A DNA stretch of 64,000 nt from Nitrospirota bacterium (GCA_963751455.1 CAVVUN010000012.1:642458-706457); one strand, 5' to 3'; positions 1 to 10,771 are shown, numbered from the stretch's first letter. Translations and numbers: made by a program. The notes: generated by a model from the sequence alone, not told the origin.

Positions 1-70
1 TTATTCATGAGTATGACAATTGCAGTCTGAACTATGTCCCTTTATACTTTGAAATCGCATTCTTCTTACG

Positions 71-454
71 ATGGCAAAAATTTTACTTGTTGATGACGAG
101 AATCTCATCCTCTATTCGCTCTCGACGACTCTTAGACATGACGGTCTCGATGTAACGGCGGTGGGGAACGGGAAAGATGCGTTGAATGAAATACGCAGTT
201 CCCCGTATGACATCTGTTTTCTGGATATAAACCTTCCGGACGCCAACGGTCTTAATCTTATGAATGTCTTCCGGGAAATTTCGCCCGGCATGAGAATCAT
301 TATTATGACCGCGGTCGACCTCGACGAAGGACAGCTGAGTAGCCTCCGAAACACCGCAAGTCATTATCTTCCAAAACCGTTTGACCTGGATGAGGTCCGT
401 TCTCTCGTGTCACGTTTAATGAAGCCTGGGCAATCCGGCGCATGTGACGCCTGA
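71..454 (+). CDS. Single-domain response regulator (CheY-like receiver)
   Basis: ILLVDDE, ICFLDINLPD (phospho-Asp), IIMTA and YLPKPF receiver motifs; no output domain. Confidence 0.9.
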   Translation: MAKILLVDDENLILYSLSTTLRHDGLDVTAVGNGKDALNEIRSSPYDICFLDINLPDANGLNLMNVFREISPGMRIIIMTAVDLDEGQLSSLRNTASHYLPKPFDLDEVRSLVSRLMKPGQSGACDA

Positions 455-502
455 TTAATCAAATAACTCGCAGCATCAGCAACCGCGGCACCTGGTCACG
501 AC

Positions 503-1894
503 CTATTCCAGTCCGAACTTTTTCACTTGATAGCGCAGCGTATCATAACTGATTTTGAGCAATTTCGCCGCCTGGGTCTTGTTTGATTTCGCACGATCCA
601 GCGCCTGCCGAATCAGGTCCTTCTCAACTTCTTCAAGCGCTATTCCGGCTTCGGGAAGAATAAATCCGCCCTTGCGTTTATCGTGGGTGCCGTTGTCCTG
701 ATGCCCTATCAGCCAATTGGGCAGGTGCTCGGGCTGTATTTCCTCCGTGCTCTCCAGCACCACGATTCTTTCAATAACATTTCTCAGTTCCCGGACGTTG
801 CCCGGCCAGTCGTATTCCGTCAATAACGCCTCGGCCTTCGGTGAGAAGCGCTTAATCGACTTTTTATTGTACCCCGTTTTAAAGGATTCGAGAAAGCTTC
901 TCGCAAGCAGCGTTATATCATCCCTCCTCTGCCTCAGCGGCGGCACATGAAGGTAGAACGTGCTTAACCTGAAAAAAAGATCGCTTCTAAACTCTCCGGT
1001 CTCGACCATCTCCGTAAGATTTTTGTTAGTGGTCGAAATGACCGTAATATCAATCGGTATCTCTTCGCTTCCGCCTACGTGCCTCACGGTCCTCTCTTCC
1101 AGCACGCGCAGGAGCTTGGCCTGCAGGCTCAGCTCCATGTCGCCGATCTCGTCCAGAAGGATTGACCCTCCCTGAGCCAGTTCGAACAGCCCCTTTTTAT
1201 CGGCTTTGGCGTCCGTAAACGCTCCCTTTTCATGCCCGAAAAGTTCGCTCTCAAGCAGGGTTTCCGGCAGCGATGCGCAATTGATCTGGATAAACGGCGA
1301 AAAACCCGAACTCGTCTGGCCCCGCATTAGTCGATGCGCATAGCGGGCGAACAGCTCTTTCCCGGTTCCGCTCTCTCCCGTTATCAGAAGGGTCGATACG
1401 GAGGCATTCGCAATTTTTTCTATCTTGGCTTTTAAATCAATTACCGGCTTGGACTTTCCTATGATTTCCCGATCGAACAGTTCCGAGTTGACTTTCCTGA
1501 GATAGTTTACCTCTTCCTTCAGCTTCTGTTTTTCCAGAATATTGCTTATTACCAGCTTTACTTCTTCTACGTTGAACGGCTTCGTAATATAATCGGCGGC
1601 TCCCAGTTTCATGGCCTTCACAGCGGTCTCCGCGGTATCGTCCGCGGTCAGCATGACTACCTGCGTTGGCACTGCCTGCTCAATCAGTTCCCGCAGGATG
1701 TCTACTCCGCTTTTTTCGGGGAGTCTGTTGTCGAGAAGAACGACGGAGGGCGACCAGGTCCTGATCTTGTCGATGATGGCGTCGGCGCTCGTTTCCACCC
1801 GGACATCATATCCGCTGTTCTTCAAAACGCGGGAGAGCATGGAAACGATCAGTTCATCGTCATCAATAATAAATATTCTCCCCTTGCTTTTCAC
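503..1894 (-). CDS. Sigma-54-dependent NtrC/AtoC-family response regulator (REC-AAA+-Fis HTH)
   Basis: REC domain; ITGESGTGKE Walker A; ESELFGHEKGAFTDA; LLDEIGDM; WPGNVRELRN; C-terminal HTH NKTQAAKLLKIS. Confidence 0.95.
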   Translation of the reverse strand: MKSKGRIFIIDDDELIVSMLSRVLKNSGYDVRVETSADAIIDKIRTWSPSVVLLDNRLPEKSGVDILRELIEQAVPTQVVMLTADDTAETAVKAMKLGAADYITKPFNVEEVKLVISNILEKQKLKEEVNYLRKVNSELFDREIIGKSKPVIDLKAKIEKIANASVSTLLITGESGTGKELFARYAHRLMRGQTSSGFSPFIQINCASLPETLLESELFGHEKGAFTDAKADKKGLFELAQGGSILLDEIGDMELSLQAKLLRVLEERTVRHVGGSEEIPIDITVISTTNKNLTEMVETGEFRSDLFFRLSTFYLHVPPLRQRRDDITLLARSFLESFKTGYNKKSIKRFSPKAEALLTEYDWPGNVRELRNVIERIVVLESTEEIQPEHLPNWLIGHQDNGTHDKRKGGFILPEAGIALEEVEKDLIRQALDRAKSNKTQAAKLLKISYDTLRYQVKKFGLE

Positions 1895-1944
1895 TTGATA
1901 ATGCCTTTCTCCAAAGCTCCTCCCGTCATGACCACCGTGAATAT

Positions 1945-3786
1945 TTACCCCGCTGACACCCTTTCCTGGTTTGCGGCAGGGAGCCGGATCTTGAACAGGG
2001 CGCCCTTGTCCCTGTTGTTTTGAATGCTGATTTTTCCGCCATGCTCCTCAACCAGCCGCTTCGTGATGGCCAGTCCGAGGCCTGTGCCCTTCGGCTTTGT
2101 CGTAAAAAAGGGTTGAAAGAGCTTGTCGATCACGGCGACATCCACGCCGGTTCCCGTATCAGATATCTCGACCCCTACGGATGACGATTCCTCGTCGAAA
2201 AAGGTCCGCATGACCAGCGTCCCGCCTTCCGGCATGGCGTCGACCGCATTCAGGAGGAGGTTCATAAAAATCTGCTGCAGCTGCATGGGATCGGCATGGA
2301 TCCGGGGAACGCTCGTTTCGAAGTTCCGGACTATGGTGATAGCGCGCGACCCTTTTCCCGACCTGGACCGGTCCTTCAGAGCCAGGCTCGCGACGGCGTC
2401 CAGGATGGTATTGACGTCGGTATCGATGAATTGCGGCTTCGGCGGCCGGGCAAAACTGAGCACGCTCTTCATCAAATATTCGATGCGCTTAATCTCATCA
2501 ATGACCTTTGTAAGAACGTCCCGGTCCTCTTCCGTCAAATATGCCTCTTCGGACAGCGCAGCCATAGTGACTTTGATGCCTGCGAGCGGGTTCTTGATTT
2601 CATGCGCCAGCCCGGTCGCCAGTTCGCCGGCGAGCCGTATCTGCTGGGCTCTTTGAAGCGCCTCCTCAGCCTGTTTTCTCTCGGTGATATCGCGGTCGAT
2701 AGCGAGGATATATTTGTGCTCACCTACCTCGAACACGGCCGCGCTGATTTCTACAGGGAAAACCGTGCCGTCTTTTTTCTGATGGGTGATCTCGGTTTGA
2801 AGACGCTCTCCGCTCATGAGCCGGTCTATTCGGACCGGAATGCCCAAAGCCGCGTCCGGCGTATCAAGGTCCCTGATGTTCATGGTAAGCAGCTCATCGA
2901 CGGTATAGCCGTGCATCTTGGCCGCGGCCTGGTTTGCCTTCAATATATCGCCGGTGAACTCGCTGCCGGCGTCCAGAATAAATATCGCGTCGGCGGCGCT
3001 CTCGAACAAAAGCCGGTACCGCTTTTCGCTCTCTTCGATGGCCCGCATATGTTCCCTAAGAGAGCCCGCCATGTCGTTAAAAGCGATCGCCAGCTCCGCA
3101 AACTCGTCCTTCAGGCCTTCGATCCGGTAGTCCAGGTCCCCTGTCTTTATCCGTTTCGTAGCGCCGAGAAGAATATCGATCGGCTTTGTTAAACTTTTTA
3201 TCGCTGTGAAAACCGATACTCCTACGAGCAGGGGACCGAAGGCAACCAGGATAAGCACGATCATTTTGGTACGGTGCAGTCCGCGAAGAGAGTGCTCGGT
3301 CTGTTCCCATAGTTTTTTGTGTGTCGCCACGATCACGGTGTCGACTTTGCCGATCAGCGAATCTCCGATAATACGCGCTTTTTCATGGGCCTCTTGGAGT
3401 CCGTGCGCTTTCTTGACCTGGAGATCCAATACCCGGTTCAATGCGCCGCTGTATTGGCCGATCTGCTGCTGTATGTCGCTGAGCCGTTCGTTCACTTCGT
3501 CGGTATGATGGCAATCAAAGCAGCTGTTGATCCCGTTTACCATGTCGCTGACATGATTCAGAATAGCATCGCGGCTTTCCGGGTGCCGTGTTGTCTGGGA
3601 GTACAGATCTTCCTGTACACGATGGATATCGAGCAGAAGATGCTCGCGGAGGATTTCGACCTGGTGCAGCATGATAAGCTTGTTGAAATTATCGGCGCTG
3701 CGTTCGATCGCGATGATCAAATAAGTGCCGCCCGCGAATGCGAGCAGCGAAAAAAAGGTGAATATGATAATGATCTTTTTTTTCAT
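1945..3786 (-). CDS. Membrane sensor histidine kinase (periplasmic CxxCH, HAMP, PAS, HisKA, HATPase)
   Basis: Two TM segments; periplasmic CFDCH; HAMP; PAS; LAHEIKNPL H-box; NLLLNAVDAM; DTGTG; FFTTKPKGTGLGL. Confidence 0.93.
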   Translation of the reverse strand: MKKKIIIIFTFFSLLAFAGGTYLIIAIERSADNFNKLIMLHQVEILREHLLLDIHRVQEDLYSQTTRHPESRDAILNHVSDMVNGINSCFDCHHTDEVNERLSDIQQQIGQYSGALNRVLDLQVKKAHGLQEAHEKARIIGDSLIGKVDTVIVATHKKLWEQTEHSLRGLHRTKMIVLILVAFGPLLVGVSVFTAIKSLTKPIDILLGATKRIKTGDLDYRIEGLKDEFAELAIAFNDMAGSLREHMRAIEESEKRYRLLFESAADAIFILDAGSEFTGDILKANQAAAKMHGYTVDELLTMNIRDLDTPDAALGIPVRIDRLMSGERLQTEITHQKKDGTVFPVEISAAVFEVGEHKYILAIDRDITERKQAEEALQRAQQIRLAGELATGLAHEIKNPLAGIKVTMAALSEEAYLTEEDRDVLTKVIDEIKRIEYLMKSVLSFARPPKPQFIDTDVNTILDAVASLALKDRSRSGKGSRAITIVRNFETSVPRIHADPMQLQQIFMNLLLNAVDAMPEGGTLVMRTFFDEESSSVGVEISDTGTGVDVAVIDKLFQPFFTTKPKGTGLGLAITKRLVEEHGGKISIQNNRDKGALFKIRLPAANQERVSAG

Positions 3787-3919
3787 CGGAAATGAGCAGC
3801 GCTCGGCTAACGAGCGATGCTCGGAATGCGTTTTCTATTCTAAAGGACTGGACCTCCAGGATCCCGGAGCATGGCATTGACAGATAATTATATAATACAA
3901 AAGTTTATGAAATCGTTAC

Positions 3920-3949
3920 ATAATATATCAGTTATCCGATACTTGTCAA
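3920..3949 (-). promoter_or_regulatory. Putative sigma-70 promoter for the kinase/regulator operon
   Basis: TTGACA at 3949-3944, then TATATT (16-bp spacer) or TATTAT (18-bp spacer) on the minus strand. Confidence 0.45.
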
Positions 3950-4168
3950 TACAACAAGCAGTAGCGGTTTCAGTCTGATTTTAGGGAATTTGCGGCGAAG
4001 AAAGGCCCTCGGGAGGCCAGTGAAGATAAATTGACGTTGAATATTAGGTAATTAGGAGAATTTAGACGAGAGTTTTAACGCAAAAACAGATACAGGGAAA
4101 TGCTCGTCAATATTTTTTAAGCGTTTACGGACCAAGTAATAAAGAAACAGATCTATCGGACATCCGGT

Positions 4169-4714
4169 TTACGCTGCCCGGCGTTTGCTTACCGCTACCC
4201 TGGCCGCCTGAGGGCCTTCTTTCCCCTGCTCCTCAATAAACGTGACGTCTGTTCCGATCTTTAACCGGCCAAAGTCCTCGTTGAGCAGGCTGTTGCGATG
4301 AAAATAGACGTCCCGTTCATCGGATGTCCGTATAAAGCCATACTCCTCGCGCGGAAAAATTTTGATGAGTCGGCCGGTCAGCGGTTCCTCGTGGTTTTTT
4401 ACGTCGCCTCGCTGACGACGTGCATGCTCCTCCAGCCGCCTCGCTGCTGCGTTAAAAGCATCCCTGATCGCAATGTAAATGTCTTCGTTTTCCTCGCGGG
4501 TAACTGCAATCTCCTTGCGCGGCACAGTTATGTCGATGCGAACTTCGTACTGTTTTCCCTGGTGCTGCCTCCGCTGACTGCTGTCGACCACGACACGGCA
4601 ACTCATGATTCTATCGTGGAATTTGTCCAGCTTCGCCGCCTTTTCATTGATATTTACTTCGATTGCTTCGGAATAAGGAATATTGCGGAAAGTGACCTGG
4701 AGAGGAAGTCTCAT
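4169..4714 (-). CDS. HPF/RaiA ribosome hibernation factor fused to a cold-shock domain
   Basis: MRLPLQVTFRN..., DIYIAIRDAFNAAARRL; C-terminal YGFIRT...DVYFHRNS...GKEGPQA CSD. Start moved to 4714 (GGAGGT RBS upstream). Confidence 0.88.
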   Translation of the reverse strand: MRLPLQVTFRNIPYSEAIEVNINEKAAKLDKFHDRIMSCRVVVDSSQRRQHQGKQYEVRIDITVPRKEIAVTREENEDIYIAIRDAFNAAARRLEEHARRQRGDVKNHEEPLTGRLIKIFPREEYGFIRTSDERDVYFHRNSLLNEDFGRLKIGTDVTFIEEQGKEGPQAARVAVSKRRAA

Positions 4715-4789
4715 AAAAATACCTCCAAAAAATCGTTCTAAATAAAACGTAGCACAAAAAGTTTCATGTGTCAAATCGGTGGGGCCGCA

Positions 4790-4890
4790 TTCGCAGAGCG
4801 CATGGTGCATAGCGCAGAGCGTATAAAAGCAGCTCTTTACTTTACTGTCTTCTCTTTTCTCTTTGCTCCATGCGCTATGCGCTATGCTGC
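4790..4890. repeat. 7-nt-periodic palindromic intergenic element
   Basis: gcagagc-gcatggt-gcatagc-gcagagc ... gctccat-gcgctat-gcgctat-gc inverted arms. Confidence 0.65.
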
Positions 4891-4891
4891 C

Positions 4892-7231
4892 TCACGCGGT
4901 AAGGCGCTGGTAAATTTCAGTGATGCGGCTGGGCAGCTTCCGTACGTCGTCGATAAAGACATAGCCCGCCCGACCGAACATATGGGGAAGGTAGGTTTGT
5001 GCCTCGTGATCTATTGTTATGCAGAAGGGATGGATGCCCTGCATCCTGGCTTCGATCAGCGCTTTGCGCGTGTCCTCGACCCCGTAATCCCCCTTATAGC
5101 CGTCCCAATCTTCGGGTTTGCCGTCGCTCAGCGTTATCAGAAGCCGCGTCCGGGCCTCAACTATCTTGAGAAGGCTGGACGAATGGCGGATGAACGGGCC
5201 CATGCGCGTATAATCTTTGGTCGTGATGCCGGCGATACGGCTCTTGACAATGTCGTTGTATCGCTCATTAAACCCTTTGACACGATACAGGTCGCAGCGA
5301 TTCCTCGTCATGCCGGAAAACCCGTAGACCGCGTAGAGATCGCCCAGTGTTTCAAGAGCCTCGATCATGAGAACAAGCGATTCTTTTTCCGCCTGGTTTA
5401 CCCACCCCCGAGTGGATCCGCTCATATCGAGGAGAAAAAGAACCGCGATGCTCCGCTCCTGGCGGTCGGTCCTGTTGTAGATATTCTCGCATGGCGAAGC
5501 ACCCGCCCTGCCGTCGACAAAACACGCGACAGCAGCGTCGAAATCTATTTCGTCTCCGTCCTTTTGCCGCCTTTGCAGCCTGCGCTCGCGTTTGAGCAGC
5601 TCAAACTTTTTTCGAAGAACCGTAACGTATCCGCTGTACCGTTTGAGCGTCCGCCCCACAAAGGGTTTGTCTCCAGGATACATGTCATGCTCGAACAAAG
5701 TGCACCAGCCCTTTTTATATCCGCCGCGCTTGTAATCCCACTCGTCGTATTTAAGCCCGCCGTCGGCGGTTCCGGTTTCCTCTTCTTCAAACGGGTCGAC
5801 GAGCGTAAACAGTATTCCGGCCCCCATGTCGCTTCCTTTAATGAGGGTGCTGCCGGGTATGCCGCCTTTCTCTTCAATAATCGATTTCAACTCCTCGTCA
5901 AGCTTGAGCAGTTTTCCTTTAATCAGGAGATATTCTTTTGACGGCTCGAGCAGCGGCGCCGGGGAGCCGTTTTTATCGGGATGCCGTTCGGGTATTAAGT
6001 CGGGTATTTCCGTAAGCTTCGTGATTATGCTTTCCAGTTTTTTCCTATGACCGTCTTTGAGTTCGTTGCGCCGCGCAGATATCTTTTCCGGCCGTATTTT
6101 GCCCATAAACAGAGGGACCGGCGGAGACGTATACTCCCCGGAGAGAGAGGTCGCTACATCGTAAAAATCGAACAGCAGTCTGACGGACTCCTCGGGCCCG
6201 TGCTCCGGCTGAAGGCCTGAAAGCGCGGCTATGGCTTTCATGAGGAAGGGCGGCGCGGGGCCTTTCGTTTTTCCCGCAAGACAAAACTGCCATAGTCCTT
6301 CCACAAAAGCGGCCTTTTCGGAAAGAAGTCCGATTTTTTGCCGTTCCTGATAAAGGGCGTTTTTGATCTCCGCTGCCTCTTTCATAAGTCCGGGCAGTTC
6401 CTGCCTCAGAAAGGCATCTATTCGAAACGAATCGATGATCGTGTAGAGATCAAGGGAAAGGTCCCGCTCGGGGAAGAGATTCAGGAGTGCATCGATCCCG
6501 ATCCGGTCGAGCGGATAATTGCTGAACCGGCTGGTCATCCTTTTTATATCAACGTCCGCGGTAAGCGTACCGAGCGAAAGCTGGGCCCAGGCATAGGCGG
6601 CCGAAAGTTTGTACAGCAGAAAATTATCCTGCCGTTCCGCGAACCTCTTGACCGAGCCGGGAAGATACAGGGTGACCGTATCCGTATAGATTTGGTCGTC
6701 CTGCCCGATCTTGAGCTCGCGCCCCGACATCGCGCGCAGGTACGTTTCGAGCAGGGGGGCCGTATCGGACAGGCGAATCGCTTCCTGCGACTGAAATTTG
6801 GCAAGATCGCGGGGAGTCACGCTGGACAAAAATTCAAGACCACGGTCCATGCCGTGGGAATCAAGGAGGTCGAAGGCTGCAGTTACCCACAGGTCGAGAT
6901 CGTCAAGGGGAAAAAATCGCGACGCCGTTTTTGTGTTCCGGAGCGCGGCCGGCACAAGAGAAGAGCTTGCGTGGGAGAGGGCAAGCGAAAGCGCAAGAAT
7001 TTTCTGCCTGACCCGGGGATCGTAGGAATCTATTTCCCGCAGAATGTGCTCTATCTCTGCGTCCTCGATCGAATCGAGATACAAGTTCCTGATCAAGGTA
7101 TTTCGCAGTTCGGCGAATTGCTCGGCGTTGATGTCCATACCGGGAAACCCCTCCGCGCGCCGAAAAGACGCGCCCAGCGACGCCTCTTGAGCAGCAGGAC
7201 CACTCGGTCTCAGCCTGTGCAATGCCTTCAA
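4892..7231 (-). CDS. NorD/CbbO-family VWA-domain protein
   Basis: [11 protein letters not shown]; [11 protein letters not shown]; [13 protein letters not shown]; [10 protein letters not shown]; [11 protein letters not shown]; PFCITID. Confidence 0.9.
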   Translation of the reverse strand: MKALHRLRPSGPAAQEASLGASFRRAEGFPGMDINAEQFAELRNTLIRNLYLDSIEDAEIEHILREIDSYDPRVRQKILALSLALSHASSSLVPAALRNTKTASRFFPLDDLDLWVTAAFDLLDSHGMDRGLEFLSSVTPRDLAKFQSQEAIRLSDTAPLLETYLRAMSGRELKIGQDDQIYTDTVTLYLPGSVKRFAERQDNFLLYKLSAAYAWAQLSLGTLTADVDIKRMTSRFSNYPLDRIGIDALLNLFPERDLSLDLYTIIDSFRIDAFLRQELPGLMKEAAEIKNALYQERQKIGLLSEKAAFVEGLWQFCLAGKTKGPAPPFLMKAIAALSGLQPEHGPEESVRLLFDFYDVATSLSGEYTSPPVPLFMGKIRPEKISARRNELKDGHRKKLESIITKLTEIPDLIPERHPDKNGSPAPLLEPSKEYLLIKGKLLKLDEELKSIIEEKGGIPGSTLIKGSDMGAGILFTLVDPFEEEETGTADGGLKYDEWDYKRGGYKKGWCTLFEHDMYPGDKPFVGRTLKRYSGYVTVLRKKFELLKRERRLQRRQKDGDEIDFDAAVACFVDGRAGASPCENIYNRTDRQERSIAVLFLLDMSGSTRGWVNQAEKESLVLMIEALETLGDLYAVYGFSGMTRNRCDLYRVKGFNERYNDIVKSRIAGITTKDYTRMGPFIRHSSSLLKIVEARTRLLITLSDGKPEDWDGYKGDYGVEDTRKALIEARMQGIHPFCITIDHEAQTYLPHMFGRAGYVFIDDVRKLPSRITEIYQRLTA

Positions 7232-8067
7232 AAAAGGGAGGTGATGATCTCTCTCAGTGATGCCAGCATATCACGGTCATCGGTAAGCGGCTCCGCCACG
7301 GAACTTTCGCATGCCTTCCTCGGCTCGATGCCGCTGGAGATCAGTTTTGCCGCGTGGATGAGCAGCCTGGTGCTCGCTCCTTCTGTAAGGCCGCGGTCCT
7401 TCAGATTCCGGGTCTTTTCGGCAAGACTCACGAGACTGAGCGCTATATCTTCGCGGATGCCCGATTCGTGCATTACGATCTCTGCCTCCATATCCTGGTC
7501 AGGATACGTAAAATCGAGGGCCAGAAAACGCTGTCGTGTGCTTTGCTTCAGGTCCTTAAGCACGCTCTGGTAACCCGGGTTGTAGGACAACACGATGAGG
7601 AATTCGGGTTCGGCCTTGAGGACTTCTCCTTTTTTCTCGATAGGCAGCATCCTGCGATCGTCCGTCAGGGAATGGATCACGACGATCGTATCTTTTCGCG
7701 CTTCAACTATTTCATCGAGATAACAAAAGGCCCCTGACTTAACCGCGATCGTAAGCGGTCCATCAATCCAGGCCGTCTCGCCGCCCCGTATGAGGTATCG
7801 GCCGACGAGATCCGAGGCAGTAAGATCATCATGACAGGGAACGGTGATAAGGGGCCTCTTGAGCTTCCATGCCATGTATTGCATAAACCGGGTCTTCCCG
7901 CACCCGGTCGGGCCCTTCAGAAGCACGGGAATCCTGTTACGATACGCGGATTCGAAGAGTTCCTTTTCGTTGCTTTGCGCCAGATAGTACGGTTCATCCG
8001 TAATCAGGTACTGTCCGTTATCCGCTGGTCCGGGTTTCATACGCGCCCCCTCTTGCTGTTTGATCAT
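7228..8067 (-). CDS. CbbQ/NirQ/NorQ-family MoxR AAA+ ATPase
   Basis: [13 protein letters not shown]; [14 protein letters not shown]; [12 protein letters not shown]; [21 protein letters not shown]; STRLLIHAA. Confidence 0.95.
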   Translation of the reverse strand: MIKQQEGARMKPGPADNGQYLITDEPYYLAQSNEKELFESAYRNRIPVLLKGPTGCGKTRFMQYMAWKLKRPLITVPCHDDLTASDLVGRYLIRGGETAWIDGPLTIAVKSGAFCYLDEIVEARKDTIVVIHSLTDDRRMLPIEKKGEVLKAEPEFLIVLSYNPGYQSVLKDLKQSTRQRFLALDFTYPDQDMEAEIVMHESGIREDIALSLVSLAEKTRNLKDRGLTEGASTRLLIHAAKLISSGIEPRKACESSVAEPLTDDRDMLASLREIITSLF

Positions 8068-8088
8068 ACGTTTGCTCGCGACGCCAGA

Positions 8089-8832
8089 TCATGCCTGCTT
8101 TCTTTCTCCGCAGCTCGGACAATCGGGGTCCTTGCGGATCCTGTATTTCTTAAAATCGGTTGTGGCCCCTTCCCATACCAGGAGTTGGCCCTTTACCGTG
8201 GTGCCCATGCCCGCAAGATACTTCAAGGCCTCGAGCGCCTGAAGAGAGCCGATAACCGCGGGAGTTGCGCCGATAACCGGAAATACCTCTTTCGGAGGGG
8301 CCTCGGGGAAAATACAGCGCAGGCATGGCGTATCGGGCGAGTGAATAAATGAAAGACGGCCGTCGATACCCCATATGCTTCCGTACACAAGCGGTATTTT
8401 CTTTCTCATTGCGCATTCGTTCAGCAGGAACCGGGTCGGAAAGTTGTCCATACAATCGAGGATGATGTCGGAATTCCCAACAAGTTCATCCACGTTATCC
8501 TCGACTATCTTTTCGGTAAAAGCAGTAACCTGTATATCCGGATTGAGCCGCTCGAGGGTCATCTTGCCCGACAGTGCCTTGTTGGTGCCGATCCTGGTAT
8601 GGTCGTGGAGAATCTGGCGGTTCAGGTTTGACCAGTCAGGCGAGTCAAAGTCGCAGATCCTGATATTTCCTATACCGGCAACGGCAAGATATATCGAAAC
8701 GGGCGACCCGAGTCCTCCGGCCCCCGCAATGAATACCGTCGACTTTTTCAGTTTTTTCTGCGTTTCTTCACCCCACCCCTCTATCATCATCTGCCTGGTA
8801 TAACGTTTGTGCTCCTGTTCTGAAAGACTCAT
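8089..8832 (-). CDS. HesA/MoeB/ThiF-family adenylyltransferase (E1-like)
   Basis: RYTRQMM; GAGGLGSP; SNLNRQILH; PCLRC and DPDCPSC Zn motifs. Confidence 0.92.
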   Translation of the reverse strand: MSLSEQEHKRYTRQMMIEGWGEETQKKLKKSTVFIAGAGGLGSPVSIYLAVAGIGNIRICDFDSPDWSNLNRQILHDHTRIGTNKALSGKMTLERLNPDIQVTAFTEKIVEDNVDELVGNSDIILDCMDNFPTRFLLNECAMRKKIPLVYGSIWGIDGRLSFIHSPDTPCLRCIFPEAPPKEVFPVIGATPAVIGSLQALEALKYLAGMGTTVKGQLLVWEGATTDFKKYRIRKDPDCPSCGERKQA

Positions 8833-8854
8833 TTCCCCCCCTTTTTTAGTTTCA

Positions 8855-8918
8855 AAGTCCGAGTGTCACGGTATCAGAGTAACGATACTGCTTTGACACT
8901 ATGATACTTTGACTCTCA
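8855..8918. repeat. 7-nt-periodic palindromic intergenic element
   Basis: agtgtca-cggtatc-agagtaa ... tttgacac-tatgatac-tttgactc. Confidence 0.55.
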
Positions 8919-9782
8919 TAGCCCTGGCCGTTCCTTCAGTCTTACCCGAGCTTTTCTGAGCAGTGTCTCGGGCGCATAGGAAGACTTGAAAACGCGCAGG
9001 TTTTCCTTATCGAGATCCTGCTCCAAGTTGAGATAGGTATACATCGGCGGCAGGATGCCGGCAAAATTGTTGAACATGTATTGATAAATCCCCTTGAATT
9101 TGATCCGGGCCTTTGCAAAGTGGAGGACGAACGTCGTGGAATTCAGTTCCTCTCCGAGCACAAACCCCGCCGGCTCGTTGTTTGCATAGTACATGCCTCC
9201 GCACAGGACAAGCTCTTCGTAGCGGTCCAAAGCCTCGAGACACGGCCCGTAATCCGATTCGTCTTCTTTCATATCGGTCGTCGATCGCCAGTCCTCCAGG
9301 ACAAACCGCGCTTCTCCCAGAAGATCATTCGTGAGCGGACAGGCGTCATGGGTATACGCTTCCAGGAACTGCTTCAGCAAATTTCTCTTTTTATGGAGAT
9401 TCCTTCCCTTGAAGGTGCTCATTTTTTCGACTGTGTAGAGATAGTCCGCATCGCCCTCCACAAAGCTCAACTCAAACCCATCGGCCGCGAACGGCTCAAG
9501 CCACGCTTCCGGTATCGGATACAGGAATTCGACGCCCTGCAGCAGCTGTTTAATGTATCCGATATCGAGTTTCCGAAGGTCGAGAGTGGGCATGAGATAG
9601 CGATGGCCGTCATAAGATCTGCCCTGGATGAATATTTCGTTGTCAAAAATAACCTCATAGTCGTGATGCGAGCGAAACAGGTAAAGATTTGCGAACGTAT
9701 ATTCCGACAGTTCCGGATTCAATGCCTTAAGGCGGTGAAAAAGGACGTCCTTATGTCCGATGCTCAATTTTTCGCTCCGCAT
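8916..9782 (-). CDS. DUF2156 / phosphatidylglycerol lysyltransferase C-terminal-like (GNAT-fold) protein
   Basis: SEYTFANLYLF; DYLY...FKGRNLHKKRN; LHFAKA...KGIYQY; YLNLEQDL...LRVFKSSYAP. Confidence 0.8.
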   Translation of the reverse strand: MRSEKLSIGHKDVLFHRLKALNPELSEYTFANLYLFRSHHDYEVIFDNEIFIQGRSYDGHRYLMPTLDLRKLDIGYIKQLLQGVEFLYPIPEAWLEPFAADGFELSFVEGDADYLYTVEKMSTFKGRNLHKKRNLLKQFLEAYTHDACPLTNDLLGEARFVLEDWRSTTDMKEDESDYGPCLEALDRYEELVLCGGMYYANNEPAGFVLGEELNSTTFVLHFAKARIKFKGIYQYMFNNFAGILPPMYTYLNLEQDLDKENLRVFKSSYAPETLLRKARVRLKERPGL

Positions 9783-9788
9783 AACGCT

Positions 9789-9816
9789 ACTATAATAGAT
9801 AGCATATTTTTGTCAA
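9789..9816 (-). promoter_or_regulatory. Putative sigma-70 promoter giving a leaderless transcript of the DUF2156 gene
   Basis: TTGACA (9816-9811), 16 bp, TATAGT (9794-9789); ATG 6 nt downstream, no Shine-Dalgarno. Confidence 0.5.
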
Positions 9817-9963
9817 GGCTTGTGGCGGTGTGAAGGTTTTATTGCGTTTTTTCGCGTTCTTATGCTTATCCTGAAAATAGGCGAAGCCGTTCTGTCTACC
9901 GGTTTTTTGCTATACTGAAATCAAAGAATGACCATGAGCTGTAAATCCATAAAGGAGGCTTTT

Positions 9964-10749
9964 ATGCTCGTCATCGCTGATAATTTGAATATACGGAATT
10001 CGGCTTACCGCGAAGCCGTAAAGAAGAAGGACAGGAAAGCTATAGAAACAATGTCAAAAGAACTTGCATCGCTTGGAGCTGATATGATCAACATACAGGT
10101 GTCGTCCGACAGCGACGGCGATGAAGATGTCCTGCCGTTCGTAGTGGATACCGTGCAGCAGGCTTTGGATCTGCCGCTCTGCCTGGATTCCAGAAACGTA
10201 GCGGCGCTGGCGAAGGCGGTGCCTCTCTGCAAGGAACCGCCGATCATCAACTATATCTCGGCGGACGAGAAAAATGCCGACGTGTTCTTGAAGCTGATCA
10301 GGGAGACAAAATCGAACCTCGTGATCAGGGCGGTCAAGGGTACTGTTCCTATGACGCTCGAGGCAAAGCTAATGATAATAGAAGATCTGATCGAGAAAGC
10401 AAATGCCGCGGATATTCCGAACGAACGCCTCTTTGCCGACCCTTCGGTTGTTCATATCGGAAAGGCGATGGGCCAGGAGCATCTGCTGAACGCGCACGAG
10501 AGCATCGTCGTGCTGAACGAGATGGTAGACCCTCCGATCAACACCGTGATCTGGCTCTCAAATGTCACGACCGGGCTGCCCCGGAACATCAAATCACGGG
10601 TCGCCGCAACATACCTTTCATATCTTGCCGGGGCCGGGCTGCATGCCGCCATGCTCAATGTGAAGGACCCGGAGATCATGAACACCGTCTATTTGATTAA
10701 AACGTTCCGTGACGAGATAACCTTTGCGGCAGCGGACATTGCTGCGTAA
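9964..10749 (+). CDS. Pterin-binding methyltransferase, AcsE-like (methyl-THF:corrinoid methyltransferase)
   Basis: MLVIADNLN; GADMINI; LPLCLDS; PIINYISA; LFADP; LSNVT; AGLHAAML; AAGGAGG RBS before 9964. Confidence 0.75.
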   Translation: MLVIADNLNIRNSAYREAVKKKDRKAIETMSKELASLGADMINIQVSSDSDGDEDVLPFVVDTVQQALDLPLCLDSRNVAALAKAVPLCKEPPIINYISADEKNADVFLKLIRETKSNLVIRAVKGTVPMTLEAKLMIIEDLIEKANAADIPNERLFADPSVVHIGKAMGQEHLLNAHESIVVLNEMVDPPINTVIWLSNVTTGLPRNIKSRVAATYLSYLAGAGLHAAMLNVKDPEIMNTVYLIKTFRDEITFAAADIAA

Positions 10750-10771
10750 AAAAGGCGGAAGGCTGGAAAAA

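Noticed and set aside
1205-1230. GAFTDA instead of GAFTGA as loss of sigma-54 activation
   Set aside because: GAFTDA is a frequent variant that retains the critical F and T
4766-7573. 391-aa and 411-aa plus-strand ORFs
   Set aside because: Antisense to the NorD/NorQ-like genes; a codon-bias artefact
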